Source of the DNA: Antedon mediterranea
Taxonomy: Eukaryota > Animalia > Echinodermata
Length of the DNA stretch: 64,000 nucleotides
Reading direction: 5' to 3'
Assembly (NCBI RefSeq): GCF_964355755.1
Contig: NC_092671.1
Span: 40,124,304-40,188,303 of the forward strand
Below the pieces are notes generated by a model. The model searched no databases and was not told the DNA's origin. It worked only from the letters and a program-made list of their open reading frames with translations. Made by a program: the position numbers and the translations under genes. Of the stretch, positions 36,973 through 50,287 are shown one piece after another. Each line of letters starts with the position of its first letter. The first letter of the stretch is position 1.

Positions 36973-39425
36973 CTACTGTGCTGTATAACCATGGGCCTAC
37001 ACATTTATAGGTCCATGTTATAACAGTCCTGAAACTAGCTTTCAAAATTAGGAATATTTTATTCATTCAGATTTCGTATAATTTGTTTTCTCCAATACAT
37101 ACAGACTTAGTCTAATTGACTCGTAACTGTAATTGAGTTGAGGCTTGCTATGGGTTAGCCAATGGATTAGCCAATGGATTCTATTATCCTAAAGTATCTT
37201 TTATACTTGGTGGGAAGGTAAACAGTTGGGTTTAATTTACAAGCATTTAATTACATTAGTAGCTAAAAATAGTTCTTGTACGTTGTAGTGATATGCTGAT
37301 ATACCTATGTTGAGTTGAACCGTTCTACTGAACCAATAGATGATCATTTCTAGTCCCGTCTCAGATGACAGATCTTAAGAAACCAATACAACAATGTTGT
37401 TCTAATTTTACAAAATCTAAACATGGTAGTTTACCTGCAACACATGACAATGGCTTATTCTATTATCCTGGATAAGCAAGAATTTCCTATACAATATATA
37501 GACAAAATCCTGTAATAACAGTTTTAACTAACCTAAAATGTTCACATGGTTCATGTAATTTGTCCACTGTAGTTATATACAGTACATGTTTCATCAAACA
37601 AAGGTTAGATATTTACTTTACAGGATTTTGAAATAGGGGGCCTAAAAATGGTGAAATGAAAGGCTGAACTTAATTTGATGTCTTATCTTTTGCATTACAA
37701 TTTGCGAAGTTTTCCCCTGCTTGCTATTTTTACTCTTGAAGCCCTGGTGCCTAGACAGTGCCTAGAAATTCCTGCTAGAAGTTTTCAGGTCATAGCACCT
37801 TTGTTTGTTTTCTTCTCATTAATTTAAAGCTAATTATACCAAACGTTAAAGGTCAATATCATCTTATGACTTGTGTTTGATACTGTAACCTAATTATTGT
37901 ATATGACGACACCGAGACGCTTTCTATCGGTCAGCACTCGGTAGAGTAAGTAATGTGCTAAGAAGACATTTCTTGTCGTCGTCAGTTTCTTCCTCAAGGC
38001 CAAATATCAAACATTCCATATCTCATGCTTTGTGAGTTTATCCTACCGGTAGACCAGGTGCTACTATAGGCCTTGTAGTCTTTACTTACATGTGTCTAGT
38101 CACTATATTAACTTACTTATCCTGGAATATGTTACCGGATAATATGCAAACCACTGTAATTGTCGAGTGGAGTGTGAAACGGAATAAGTAACGGGAGGTG
38201 AGGTTTTAAGTTACAGTCTAAATTAAGATGTTTCTTAATTTGTCATGCTTGTTAAATCCGGTCTGATACTTGAAGGGTGGTTTTAAGTTTTTAATGATGT
38301 TGTTTGTTTTGTATCAAAATTATCAGCGTAGGATGAGTGCATTCAGATTTGATTCTACGGATTAAGGTAGGTTTTGTTGAAATATATTCACAATGATATC
38401 TCTAGTCATCACCTGAAAGTTTTAATATTTGTGAATATCCCACTGAAATCAACACTTATATGTACAGTACTGGTATAATATATTGTAATTAGTTAGCATT
38501 ATCTAATTCAAAATGACACTGACAGTGACAGCTCTATTTAAATAATTATTATAATTATGAATTAAAACCGAACAAAATGTAAAATTCTAGTGAGGCAAAC
38601 TGTGGAAAGAAGGTCTAGTTGTAGTGTATTTCATATGTCATGATTGCAGACTTCTGTATTTTTAGAGGCCTCTTTCGATAGCAGAGTATCAGAACGAACA
38701 ACTATTGCTTGTATTCTAAAAATAATATCTGTAATGGCTAATTAACGAGTTTGTGTATCTGTCTGTTAATAAGTAAAAATATTATTTATTTTATTTGCAC
38801 TTCAAATTATTATATTTTGAACAGATGTTGAAATTGTTCCAATTTTAATTTCAACTATAATTATACAACTCAATGTAAATATTATGTGCAATATTAAATT
38901 CTTCAATGTTTATGGTGTTATTAAGTTGGCACCTGCCAGTCTTTCCTATTATTCATGTCTATAGTATGAGTACTAATGTAGCTCATTATTGAAAAGAATA
39001 ATATCTTCTTGTATTCGGGTATTTTAATGTTGCATAGTTGATTATTTGAAGATCAAACACTCACTCAATGGTAGCTAGGGGTGTGTACAGTAGGAGTTAT
39101 TTAGGATCAGAACCGTCGGGTCATAGGTTTGAGATGCTAGTGGTCGCTCCTTTGTTGATTTTCTGTACTGTAAAGCTTGTGGTACAACACACAAATGGCC
39201 TTTGTGAAAAATGTTAATAGTGTTATGTATTATCTGACAATATTGGAAAATTTGTCCTTCAATACAGACATTGACATTGCAAAGAGATTCTACCATTGAT
39301 ACGAAAATGGTAAGTCTATTTGCATTCATCAATATTCTTGTCATGGCGTTACTGACAATATTACTTCCTTCTGCTCCCCATCATCTTTCTCTTCCTCTGG
39401 TCGTTTTCTACCTATTCTCTTCTAA

Positions 39426-39556
39426 AGCTCTGTCTACACTATCTAACTTTATGTGAAAAAAACAAAATGTTATGTGTCCATATATGGACATGATGATGTC
39501 ATAGCACTACCATATTTGGGCACATCACACTGGTTTGATATAGTGTAGACAGAACT
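39426..39556. mobile_element. MITE family A copy 9
   Basis: Both TIRs, TAA/TTA flanks. Confidence 0.85.
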
Positions 39557-42455
39557 TTATATTGCAAATTGTCTGCTTCTCAATATGTCCCAGGTCAGTA
39601 ATGGAATGTCAATTTGTATCTTTTGATTTGGTCATTAATCATTAATCATTAATCATTATATAATCATCCAAGTATCAAATCAAAAGTTATTCCATAATGA
39701 CCATAGGTGATTGACAGTTACTACACCTCTAGGCCTGCTAACTACCAATCTTACTACACCTCTATGCCTACTAACTACCAATCTTAAAATCAAAACATAA
39801 TCCAACTGAGGTTTGTTTTCATCCAATTATAATAATGTCAATTAGATTGTTAATAATTAATAATGGCTATAGATATTGATGTTAATAATTAATTTAGTTA
39901 ATTACTGTAGATAAGAATAAGGATTATATCAATTAATTTGATTAAGATTAAATGATGTTATCAATAGTAGAAATTAATAGGAAACATTCAATTATTAGAT
40001 CAAACCTACTCTAATGATCAATCAATATCCTCTAAAGTGATGTATCCACAAGAAATAAAGTGGTGCGGTTTTGCAATAAAAGGGAATAATCTCTGTTCAA
40101 GCCACTGGGTTGTCAAAGGTCTCTATTAAAAGTGGTCAGTTTGAAACCTTATCAACCGTACTGGTGGCTACAGCCCTGTCTAAGGTTACTTTATTCTTAT
40201 GAAAAATGACTTTAAAGATTGGTCATCATCCTGACAGTTGCTATGTAATATAGGCATGGATTTGTGAAGGTATTTTATTCTTTGGAGTGAGTGACTGGGC
40301 CAAACCTTTTCCGGTATGTTCCAATTATGAAGTGAAGACTATTATACTATAATATTGAGAATACGGTGCTTTTTTATTTTATAGTTCATGGTTCAATACA
40401 CTATTAAAGTCTGGTGGTTTTTTAAAATTTATCCAGGCAAACAATTCCAGGTCCTGTAGTTAGCACTTACTGTACTTAGGCAAGTTAATGTTGAAGCTAA
40501 GATTAATCCTATTGTACAGCAAAACATAATGTGCATTGTATAGTCTGACACTGTGTATTTGTGTACCTGCAGTGTGGACTCTTTATGGTAAAAGTTTATC
40601 TTTTATGATCTTTTTACCAAATTTTCAATACAGCACAATAAGGTTGAAATATATTAAGCCAGGTTGGCTATTGTACCATTGGCATCAAGTCATTTCCTTC
40701 TTATGCAAATAGCACTTTTTTCAAGCCTGATCTTGATAAATGGCCGCCGTCAGTGCGCTTTTTCATTTCTCCTTTAATACGCCCGTAGCTTTGTATTTTT
40801 AAATCAAAATGAATGGCATCAAATTTTGAAGTAAATTGAATTAAAAATGCATTAACAGATTAATGGTCTCATGTTCTACTCATATGTTAAACTAGTTTAA
40901 ATTATAATACTTAACTGAATACATACTGAATATTTTATAATGAATTTTTTAATAACGTTAATCTTAATTTACTACATAAATTAACAGAAGATTGAAGAAT
41001 TCCTTTATTGATATCATTATGCTAATATTTTGTTTAATTCAGCTATAAAGAATATTCATTTTTAATATTGCTACTTGTTGTGTCTTTTTATAATACTGTA
41101 CAAACATTCTCATTTAATGGAAATATATTAAATAGACATCATGCACAATTTTGTATTCAAGAAACGATGTATTTTGTAAGAGCAATGTACTCCCTTTTCA
41201 AGATAAATTTTAATATTTTCCTGCAGTACAATAAAGTACTTTGTCAAATATGATCAATATAATTAAAGCCATCAAAGGAATATTATTATCTGAAAAATAC
41301 TTTTTATACTAATGAAAGATAATATACAGTGGGATTATAGGGCATAGTTTAATTTGAACCTTTACAATTTTTAGAAACTAATTTCTACTGTAAAAGATTC
41401 AAGATTCAAGAAATGTTATTGATCCATGAACATTTATTTTGCTTGGCATAATTAAGACAATAAAAAAAGAAAAATATATCAAATTGCAAAAGGCAATGTT
41501 AAAGTACTATTTACCTATTTTAAAATACTGTTAAATTTCTGTTAAAAAACTATTAAAAATAGAGATTGCAAAAAATGCCATATGCCCTGTAAAATACAAT
41601 TAAAAGAGTTATCTTCGAATGTTAGAATTATACATATTAGTGTTGAATAAATTCACATCTAAAAAAAATTTTCCTGTAGTAGGAAGATTCCATAGCTACT
41701 TTCTCTTCTGTTCTAAACGTAAGATTTAATAAAAAAAAAATCAGTACATAACTTTCATTTCCACATAGTTAAATAAAATAGTTGAATACATTGTGTTGTA
41801 ATTTTTGCTTATATTTTGAAAACCTTGTTTATTGTTTCCAGTCGAAATATTTAAGAGTGACTGTAACCTTTAAAATGCAACCTTTGTTCTGTAAAGCATG
41901 CACCTTTTGTTGGTAGTCGCACGTCAGAATCGACCAAACTTGTGTTTGAATAAACTTTAACCGGAAATAAAAGGATCTAGACAATACATTACACTGTGGT
42001 TAAGGTATTACAATTGTATTTAAATACCGGAATTGGGAAAAACTGGATCAGTTACCATAAAGTTGGAATTCCATATGGTTTAGTTAAAAAATAACATATA
42101 GTGGACTAGTTTTTACAGATGGAAGTTTGAGTTTTACAGGCCACATACACTTTTTACATGGAATTTTAGGATGAATTTAGGATACTGTGTATAGTTTTGT
42201 GTAAGTACTGTATTGTACATTAAATATAATAATAAAAGCATAAATTAGGCATAATATGTCAGACATTAATTTTTAATTAGGTTAATAAATACCATACATG
42301 ATACTAAGGATGAAAATACAAAATAGACTACAGTACAGTATGTTGTTTTATTTTTTAAATGGCAATATTGGAACCTAATGATCTCTTTGTTGATATTAAA
42401 TATTCAAGTCAATGATGATCCCAGTTACTATATTTGTATAGTAACCGTATGGTTA

Positions 42456-42696
42456 GATATTATTAGGGAGCTTTCGCATGTAAACGTTGACTTTAACGGA
42501 TGACGTCAGCATTCTAGTCATTTGCATAACAACATAGTTCAGCGAATAGTTGCGTTAACGTACTTGTTTGTTTTGATTTCGCACTAAGACGGAAAGTGTA
42601 GAACACATTGCATGTTTCACACATGGCGCTTGCGTGTTTCATGTTGGGCAATAAAGTTAAATTTAAAGTTTACAGGGAAAACTCTCTAATAATATC
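42456..42696. mobile_element. Non-autonomous TIR element (family C)
   Basis: Inverted repeats GATATTATTAGGGAGCTTTCGCATGTAAACGTT / AAAGTTTACAGGGAAAACTCTCTAATAATATC. Confidence 0.7.
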
Positions 42697-45600
42697 AGTC
42701 CTGATTTGTTGAGTATTCCATATATTTTGCAATTTTAATCAAATTATAAATCTCATAGTAAACCCATAAACTTAGATAAAACTAGGATCATTCAATTATA
42801 TTTGTTTGTCTAGGCAACTTAAACAAAGTCTGTTGGCATTTTTATATCCTGGAATTAAAATCATTTTTACCAAATCTATGTATTGATGATTAAGGTTGAA
42901 AGTAAATTACCCATGTCAGTTGTTTTGGTTTAAAAAACAGGATTCCCAAATACTTCTGAATTCATATTATACTTATTACAATGCTATGATATAAATATTG
43001 TGATCAAATGCTCTGAATGGACAATGTATGTCGTACAGGAATTAGCTTTTCTCAAGTGATATACAAATCTACAGTGTGATACATATTTTGTTTAGGTCCT
43101 GGAGTTTAATTACCCATACCTCAAAGTTTTTGAAATAATCCTCCATCAATATTTTTTGACAGTGTCAAATATTTTATGTTTGTCATTACTTATTGATTGC
43201 TTTGTTAAATATCTGATACTATTCACATTTACATTGAATATAATCCTGCAGGAAAAATGAGAGATTAAATAAATAGAAACACACATTTTCTTGGTTTATG
43301 TAAATTTATTTTCATCTAACTATACAATGAATTCACCACAAACTGTGTGCTCCAAATTATTCACAAAGACTGGTTTTGTTTTGTGGGCATCGGTTTAATT
43401 CGGTTCATATGACGACAATACTATACTGAGTCATGGCAAATCAAGCATGTAATAAGCAACGCCTCCTGACTATACCCTGCCATGCAGTCAACAATTAACA
43501 CACTACACTGCTATCAGTTATGCTAATTTCAATTAACATAAATATGAATATTTAATTGTATTGACCCAATGTCGAGTATTTGGAGGTTGTAAAATGATTG
43601 ATTTAACTAGGTGCTTTAGAACAAAACAAACATCACAGAACATGTGAATAAGACGAGGCATACATTAATTTACGATTTCAATAGTGATTCATTACAACTG
43701 CAGCTGATGTCTTGTTGAATTTGAATCTACATCTGTGATTGCAAAGGAATAATAAACTCGCAACAGCATTTTGGAAATAATACTAGAAAATCTCTTAGAT
43801 GTAAGTAGGTGAAATTAAGAATTTATTTTTTAAGATTGTGAGCAGGTTAGATTTCCGCATGGCATGATTTTATGCTTGTTTTTGTTGAAACGAATTATGA
43901 TTGTAATTAACACTAATCTGCGTTTCTCGTTTTTGATGCATTTATTTTTTTACTTTGAGAGAATTGATATTTAGAAACTTGGTGTAGTACTGTAGTTTAT
44001 TTTAAAATGAATTCCTTATAATAAAAGATAAAAAAGTATATTCGAACAATAATTATGTGTGTCTTGAAAAAGAATGATGTTGATGATCAGTTAATACATT
44101 TTTTTACAATTTTTGAACTGTGCTATATTTAGAAAAGTAATTTGACAATTCAGAAGTTAATATTAACTTATATCTTTTTACAATTTTTGAAGAGTGCTCT
44201 ATTTTGTTCATGCAAAATGTTTGCTTGCAATGACTGATTCAAACTCAAGGTATTTCTTTTCAAATTGTAAAATCTTCAAGAATAGTGAATGAATTATTCA
44301 CAATTGTATATATCACGTTGCATTTAAATCTTATCTTGACGTATGCATACAGTAACTGAACCCTTCTATTCTCAAGGTTAGGTACGAGTGAATACTGCAT
44401 CTATCCTAGCGCAAGATAATGTATAGTGCAGTTCTTTAAGGGAATCATAGATACAGTTGACATGTGTTTTATATGAATTATGAATGGTATTTAATAACTT
44501 GGCAAGAAACTATACATTTGAGTACAGACTAATACATTACAACATGAATACAGTACTTGAAAGTCATGTTTAAGCATTCAATAACAATCAATTCAATCTT
44601 TCTTCTTGTACATTCACCAGAATTCATGGTAAACCAGAACATGAACAAACTGGATTTTCCAGAAAACTGGACTTTCTAGGACAACCCAATAAAGTCTGAT
44701 AGTCGAGATAGTTGACCATGATAATCAAATGTTATAATAATTGTATCAGTATTTAATCTAGTAAAGAATTTATACTATTGTCACAGTTGAAAGTCCACAA
44801 TATTTCACAATAATTCACTGACGTCGTATTTCATTTTGGTTTAGCCTATGCCTGCATTTTAATGTACTATAACCTCTAGATATTATGTCTTTTGAACTTT
44901 TAATGCTTTTAGATCACAATATTTGTTATTACATACTTCCTTTAACAAACGATTGTATTTCAATACTTTTCCTCTAGAAGTGAGAGTATGCTTTACACAA
45001 AATAGTTAAAACCGCATTTAAACCGTATGAATCTTTTACCTTCCCTTCCCAATACCCTTCCTAAATTATTTAAAGATGCTAATTGTTTCTACCTGATTAC
45101 TTGTCTATCAAAAATTCATTATTTCAAATGAACGTTTGGCCACAATTGATTAAAGATAGCCTACTTGTTGCTACTGAAAAAAAGGTTGTTTTGTCAAAAA
45201 TGTTAATAAGCACCATTGATTTATTTATTAATATCTGCTTATTAATATATATTTAATTTGTATTCCAGTCCATCGGCAAATTAGAGATATTATATAGCTC
45301 CAAGGTTTGATGTCAAATCATAGTTCAAAACAATGTAATATGATACACCAATAAAAGTACAGTATTCATGTCGTAACACTCTTCAACCATGTTACGATAA
45401 GGGGCTGGCGTATGAGAGTCCTACTAATGATAGTCTTATAGTATTGATTTATGTATTAATAAAACTTATTTAATGGTTGTCGGAGAAATGAATTATGATG
45501 TATTGATCATAAACCTTGATCTATTAATAATCTTTAATACAAATATTATATTACCTTTATTTATGCTTATTAATATAAACAATTAAGAAACTCATTAAAG

Positions 45601-46051
45601 TTTATGATTGTTTATTTATTGTCCTATTGTAGAAAGGTACAGTGTTTATGCATGGTTGATGAATAGAAGCACTGCTGTATGCAAAAGGTTATCATTAACT
45701 AATGTGCCGCGTACAATGTTATGTGCTTGTACATAACAGGGAAGTTGGGAAGTACAGTGTTTACATTGAGACTTGAGAAGTTGATTTGAGGTGACCATTA
45801 TCTTATCATATCAATCGGAATTTACTGCTAGTCGTAAATGGTTGTACTTTTGGCAGGGCGTTATAGAGGGGAAGATAATGCTGTCGATTTACGAGTTGAT
45901 AATTCTGTTTGCGATTACTCACTGTATCTGAACTGCTATGTTCACTTCTGTTGCTGCTGTTGTATTAGCAACAGGTGCTGTCGTCTGTTAGGAACTTTAA
46001 AACGTGGTTTTTAACATTTTCTGTCTAACAATTTGTTTGGATTTCTACAAA

Positions 46052-46093
46052 ATGAGGAAGAAACAATACTCTGTTAAACTGTCTAAATCCATG
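46052..46093 (+). CDS. SHANK: Candidate alternative SHANK first coding exon (MRKKQYSVKLSKSM)
   Basis: AAAATG start context, 14 codons, ATG|GTAAGT phase-0 donor compatible with 50045. Confidence 0.55.
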
Positions 46094-46847
46094 GTAAGTT
46101 TCAATGTTTGTTGGAGAGGACTACAGAATTATGGAGTTGACTACAGGAATTTTTCTGAAACATCATGTTTTTTTTATTTCTAACAATAATAATTTGTTGA
46201 TTATTTGTTGATTATTTCCATATGGAAGTCGTAATTTGTGTTTAAATTTAGAATTTATTACAAAGAAGTCAATTTTTAGTTTGTTAGTGATTGTGGTTAG
46301 AACCACCACATGAGGCATTGAACATGAGGAAAAATTAAAGAAAAAATTTGTGAAAATTAATAAAACTCTAATGGCCAGGAAAGGAATGTTCTCCATTCAT
46401 TCATTCATCAGTGGAAAACTTACTTCCATTTATTGTCATTGGCATATAAAATATACATAGAAATTATGTTTGCTCAGTCTGAGATATTAAAAAACAGATA
46501 AATAAAAAAACAATTTCAAAGTGTCGCATCACTCTCGTACGGTATACTTCTTTGTATTCGTATGCCGATTTGGGTCAAGAACACTTTAGCACACGCTGTA
46601 TCAAGAAAACTAATTCATACGCCTGTTCATTGTTTTTAAATGACATACTTGGAATTATTTAATTGTTTTCCTATCTGTCATTTAGGCGTCAATTTAGATA
46701 GTTTGAGAACTCTTACTTCTTTCTGAAAACTTTCACAATTTTGTTTTATATTTGGCATATAGTTCATTGTTTTCCAATTATCTAGGAATCAATGTAGATA
46801 GTTAATTTGTTTAGAGTTTCAGAAGTCTTTCTGAAAACGGTAAATTT

Positions 46848-47348
46848 TTGTTCATAATTTTAAAACGTCCAACTTTGATGAACTACTGTCTGGATCAAGC
46901 TAATCATTGTTTAGAAATAGAAACTAAATTTACCTCTCTAAATATACCATTCACAATAATTAATAACTCCAATGAATTTATAACAAGAGCGAAACAAATC
47001 AACGTAAAACACACCGACAGACTATGGTTTATAACATATGACTTTGAAAATTTATACACCAATCTCACAATTCAAGACACAACAAACTCAATAATCAAAT
47101 CGGCCAAATTATTAAATCTAAGCAAAGAAAAAGAATTTTACCTAACCAAACTTAATCAAATAATCAATAATAATGCTTTTTTCAAATCAGGGAACAAAAT
47201 TTATAAGCAATCACAGGGAATAATTATGGGTTCATATCACAGCGCACAAATAGCAAATCTAACATTAATTGTAAACGAACTCCATTTCCTAATCGAATTT
47301 AATCAAACATACAAATTAAACCCATCGATACAACAGACTTTCATGTAA
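46848..47348 (+). pseudogene. Penelope-like retroelement reverse transcriptase fragment
   Basis: Motifs YDFENLYTN and YKQSQGIIMGS match Penelope-type RT motifs; truncated before the catalytic YxDD; A-rich strand bias continues to about 48700. Confidence 0.75.
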
Positions 47349-48804
47349 CAAACATGAATATATACACATAAACACACTTTTCAAACTTCGATTACAAAAA
47401 CTGGGATACAGTAAAAAATTCATCCGAAAACACAAACAACCTTATAAGAAAAGCTGGAAAAAGAAAGTAAAGAACACTACAAAAGACAAACACACATTAT
47501 TTATCAAGACTAAGTACGACAGAACAACAGACACATCTGACATCATACAAGGCATAATCAACAACCATAAACATATGATCGACACACATTACAACATTAA
47601 ATTCATCAACTATAATGACAAGAAATTAAAACAAATTTGCTGCACAAGTACAAAATTACATAGCAAATTATCCAACGTCATTTAAGTATATATGTATATA
47701 TAATTTTGATAATTTTTTATTTTTCAAATATAACTTACTGATATTTTACTCTATTATTTATAATTAATGTAATATGATACACTTTCGTAAATAAACTTAT
47801 TTTATTCTAAACAATTGTATTGTTCATATTTGTATCAAACTTTAAAAGATAATTTTTCTGAAAATATGTCCTAATTAATATACATATTCCCCCCGCCCCC
47901 ACGCCAGACTAACAATAACTAAATACAACTAATGTATCTCTTCATAAATATAACCAAACCAAACCCTCTAAATAATATAAACGAAAACTATTATTAAACC
48001 TAATTCAAAAAAAATAATCGGAAATAAAAGTAATAATTAAATAGGCCTAGCTTAAAACGCGTTTTTAAAAAAACCGCGTTTTCAAGGTAACCGCGTCTTC
48101 AGATACTACATTCTAATACACGCGCACACCAAACTTTCGAACTTGCAACTTTCAAACATAACATTTATCACAGTCACGTAGACAAGTAAAGACGGTAAAT
48201 ATCAAGCAACTTTTAAATAAGGTGAGATTTATATAGACATTACATTATATTAATTATAAAACATTATTATTTATTTAGCATATAGAATAAAACGAATTTA
48301 TCAAATTAATTATTACATATATGACATATTAAATTTAACGAATTTATAAAATTATTATATATAATATTCTCAACATAGACCTATATAAACAAATTTTTTC
48401 CATAAACGCAGAAACATATCAATACTGAAACCAATACTGAAACGAATACCATTTTAATCCTCAAGCAAAATTTATTTTTAAGAAGGTAAGACTTTTAATA
48501 TAGACCGAGACTTTTTACATATTATAATATTTAATAACAAAATATTTTTACTTAATAGTTATCAATATTAATTATGTACACTCTACCATTTTCATAATAA
48601 GATATTGTGGAACCACGTCAGGTCAAGTTCAATATTGAATATCGAAACGTGGCAGGCTGAAGGCGTTTGACCTTTGACAAGATCGCCTAAATTTTTAATA
48701 TATTAACTTTACAATACTTAGTGTTGTATATTCTGGTACAGCCGCTCCATAATCTCTTTGCTTTTCTTCCTTATATCTATATTTTTAATTTATACTAACA
48801 AATA

Positions 48805-48807
<3 letters not shown>

Positions 48808-48844
<37 letters not shown>

Positions 48845-49478
48845 CAAACATTTATTAAATAATATTTATTGCATAATATGCAATCTACGATAATTGAATT
48901 AATTGATATAACAAATTTATTAAATACATAACATCATTTGAATAAAAAGAACAAATCACACATCTACACGTACATAATCAAACGTCGTATACTCTATCTC
49001 TAACAATTTTTTCAAACTTCTGTCGACTAAAGCCGAAGTATAGTCGTTATCGCGAAACCGTTCTATGGTTACCACCAGGTAGGCTTACTTCATCAAAGCT
49101 TCTATGAATGGATGTACTGGTTGGGAACAGAAAAACTAGTAGACCATACCCAGTACCGTTTTGATTTCGATCAATCGGGAAATTAACCTCACGAATATTA
49201 TTAAATACATAACATCATTTGAATAAAAAGAACAAATCACACATCTACACGTACGTAATCAAACATCGTATACTCTATCTCTAACAATTTTTTCAAACTT
49301 CTGTCGACTAAAGCCAAAGTATAGTCGTTATCTCGGAACCGTTCTATGGTTACCACCAGGTAGGCTTACTTCATCAAAGCTTCTATGAATGGATGTACTG
49401 GTTGGGAGCAGAAAAACTAGTAGACCATACCCAGTACCGTTTTGATTTCGATCAATCGGGAAATTAACCTCACGAATA
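48808..49478 (-). mobile_element. Poly(A)-tailed retro-insertion with an internal tandem duplication of about 280 bp
   Basis: 30-nt T-run; minus-strand AATAAA about 15-20 nt from the tail; repeat units at about 48917-49197 and 49198-49478; stop-interrupted reading frame on the minus strand. Confidence 0.65.
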
Positions 49479-50044
49479 TGTATCATTTTTATATTGATAT
49501 TCAAGTTTTACAGGTACTGTACATACATTTTGATTCACTCTTATGTTATCATTCATAACTACTCTTATTCTTTGCCCGTCAAAATATTATACAAATTTCT
49601 CCATTTTTATTTGTGAAAGCTTGTCAAAGGGATCCTCTTAACATTCATGATAAAAGTTACATTGAAGAAGAGTTTTACATAATACCATATGTCTGTCTTC
49701 CCCATGAGGATATTACAGGAAACCACACAATGTGTGTTTACAATAGACATATGTTAAAAGTGGGTGATTCACTCTGTCTAGTGGGTCACAGGGATTTGAA
49801 CCACACCTCTCTCACATGTAGGCAATGTTGATATTGTGCTTTATAATATTTATGCCATTTTCATCATTTTTAGTGAGTGTGGCATGCATAATTAAGTTGA
49901 TTTAAATATGCTGGTATACTTTAAACATAAATTAATGTGAATATTGACAATAATATTTTTTTCAGATTTTTATCTCAAAGGAACTATAAATAAACATGTT
50001 TAAACAAAAATTATAAAAAATATTATTTATTTGGAATCTTGTAG

Positions 50045-50287
50045 GTTGATAAGAAACCAGCATCCCAAATAGAAGGGAAAAAGATGGAGTCCGCGGCAGC
50101 GTCATACAACGCAACACCGAAACATCAACGTCATCTTCAATATTACAATGCAATTCCAGAACCAGTTGTTCACCAACAAAACGGAAATTATAGCTCCTCA
50201 GAGGATACACTCTCCGTGGGATCTGCTGGCTCTGATTCGGTTGAAACGATTCCAATTCGAATACGATTACCGGATGAAGATATACAG
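50045..50287 (+). CDS. SHANK: SHANK exon (VDKKPASQIEGKKMESAA...IPIRIRLPDEDIQ); internal ATG at 50084
   Basis: TTGTAG acceptor, 243 nt open, GTAAAA donor. Confidence 0.85.

Noticed and set aside
38333-38366. Alternative SHANK coding first exon
   Set aside because: The ATG frame stops at TAA (38363-38365) just before the donor, so it is at most a UTR exon with a uORF.
48612-48655. Hammerhead ribozyme
   Set aside because: GTC and GAAAC with a pairing stem III are present, but the CUGANGA core is missing on both strands.
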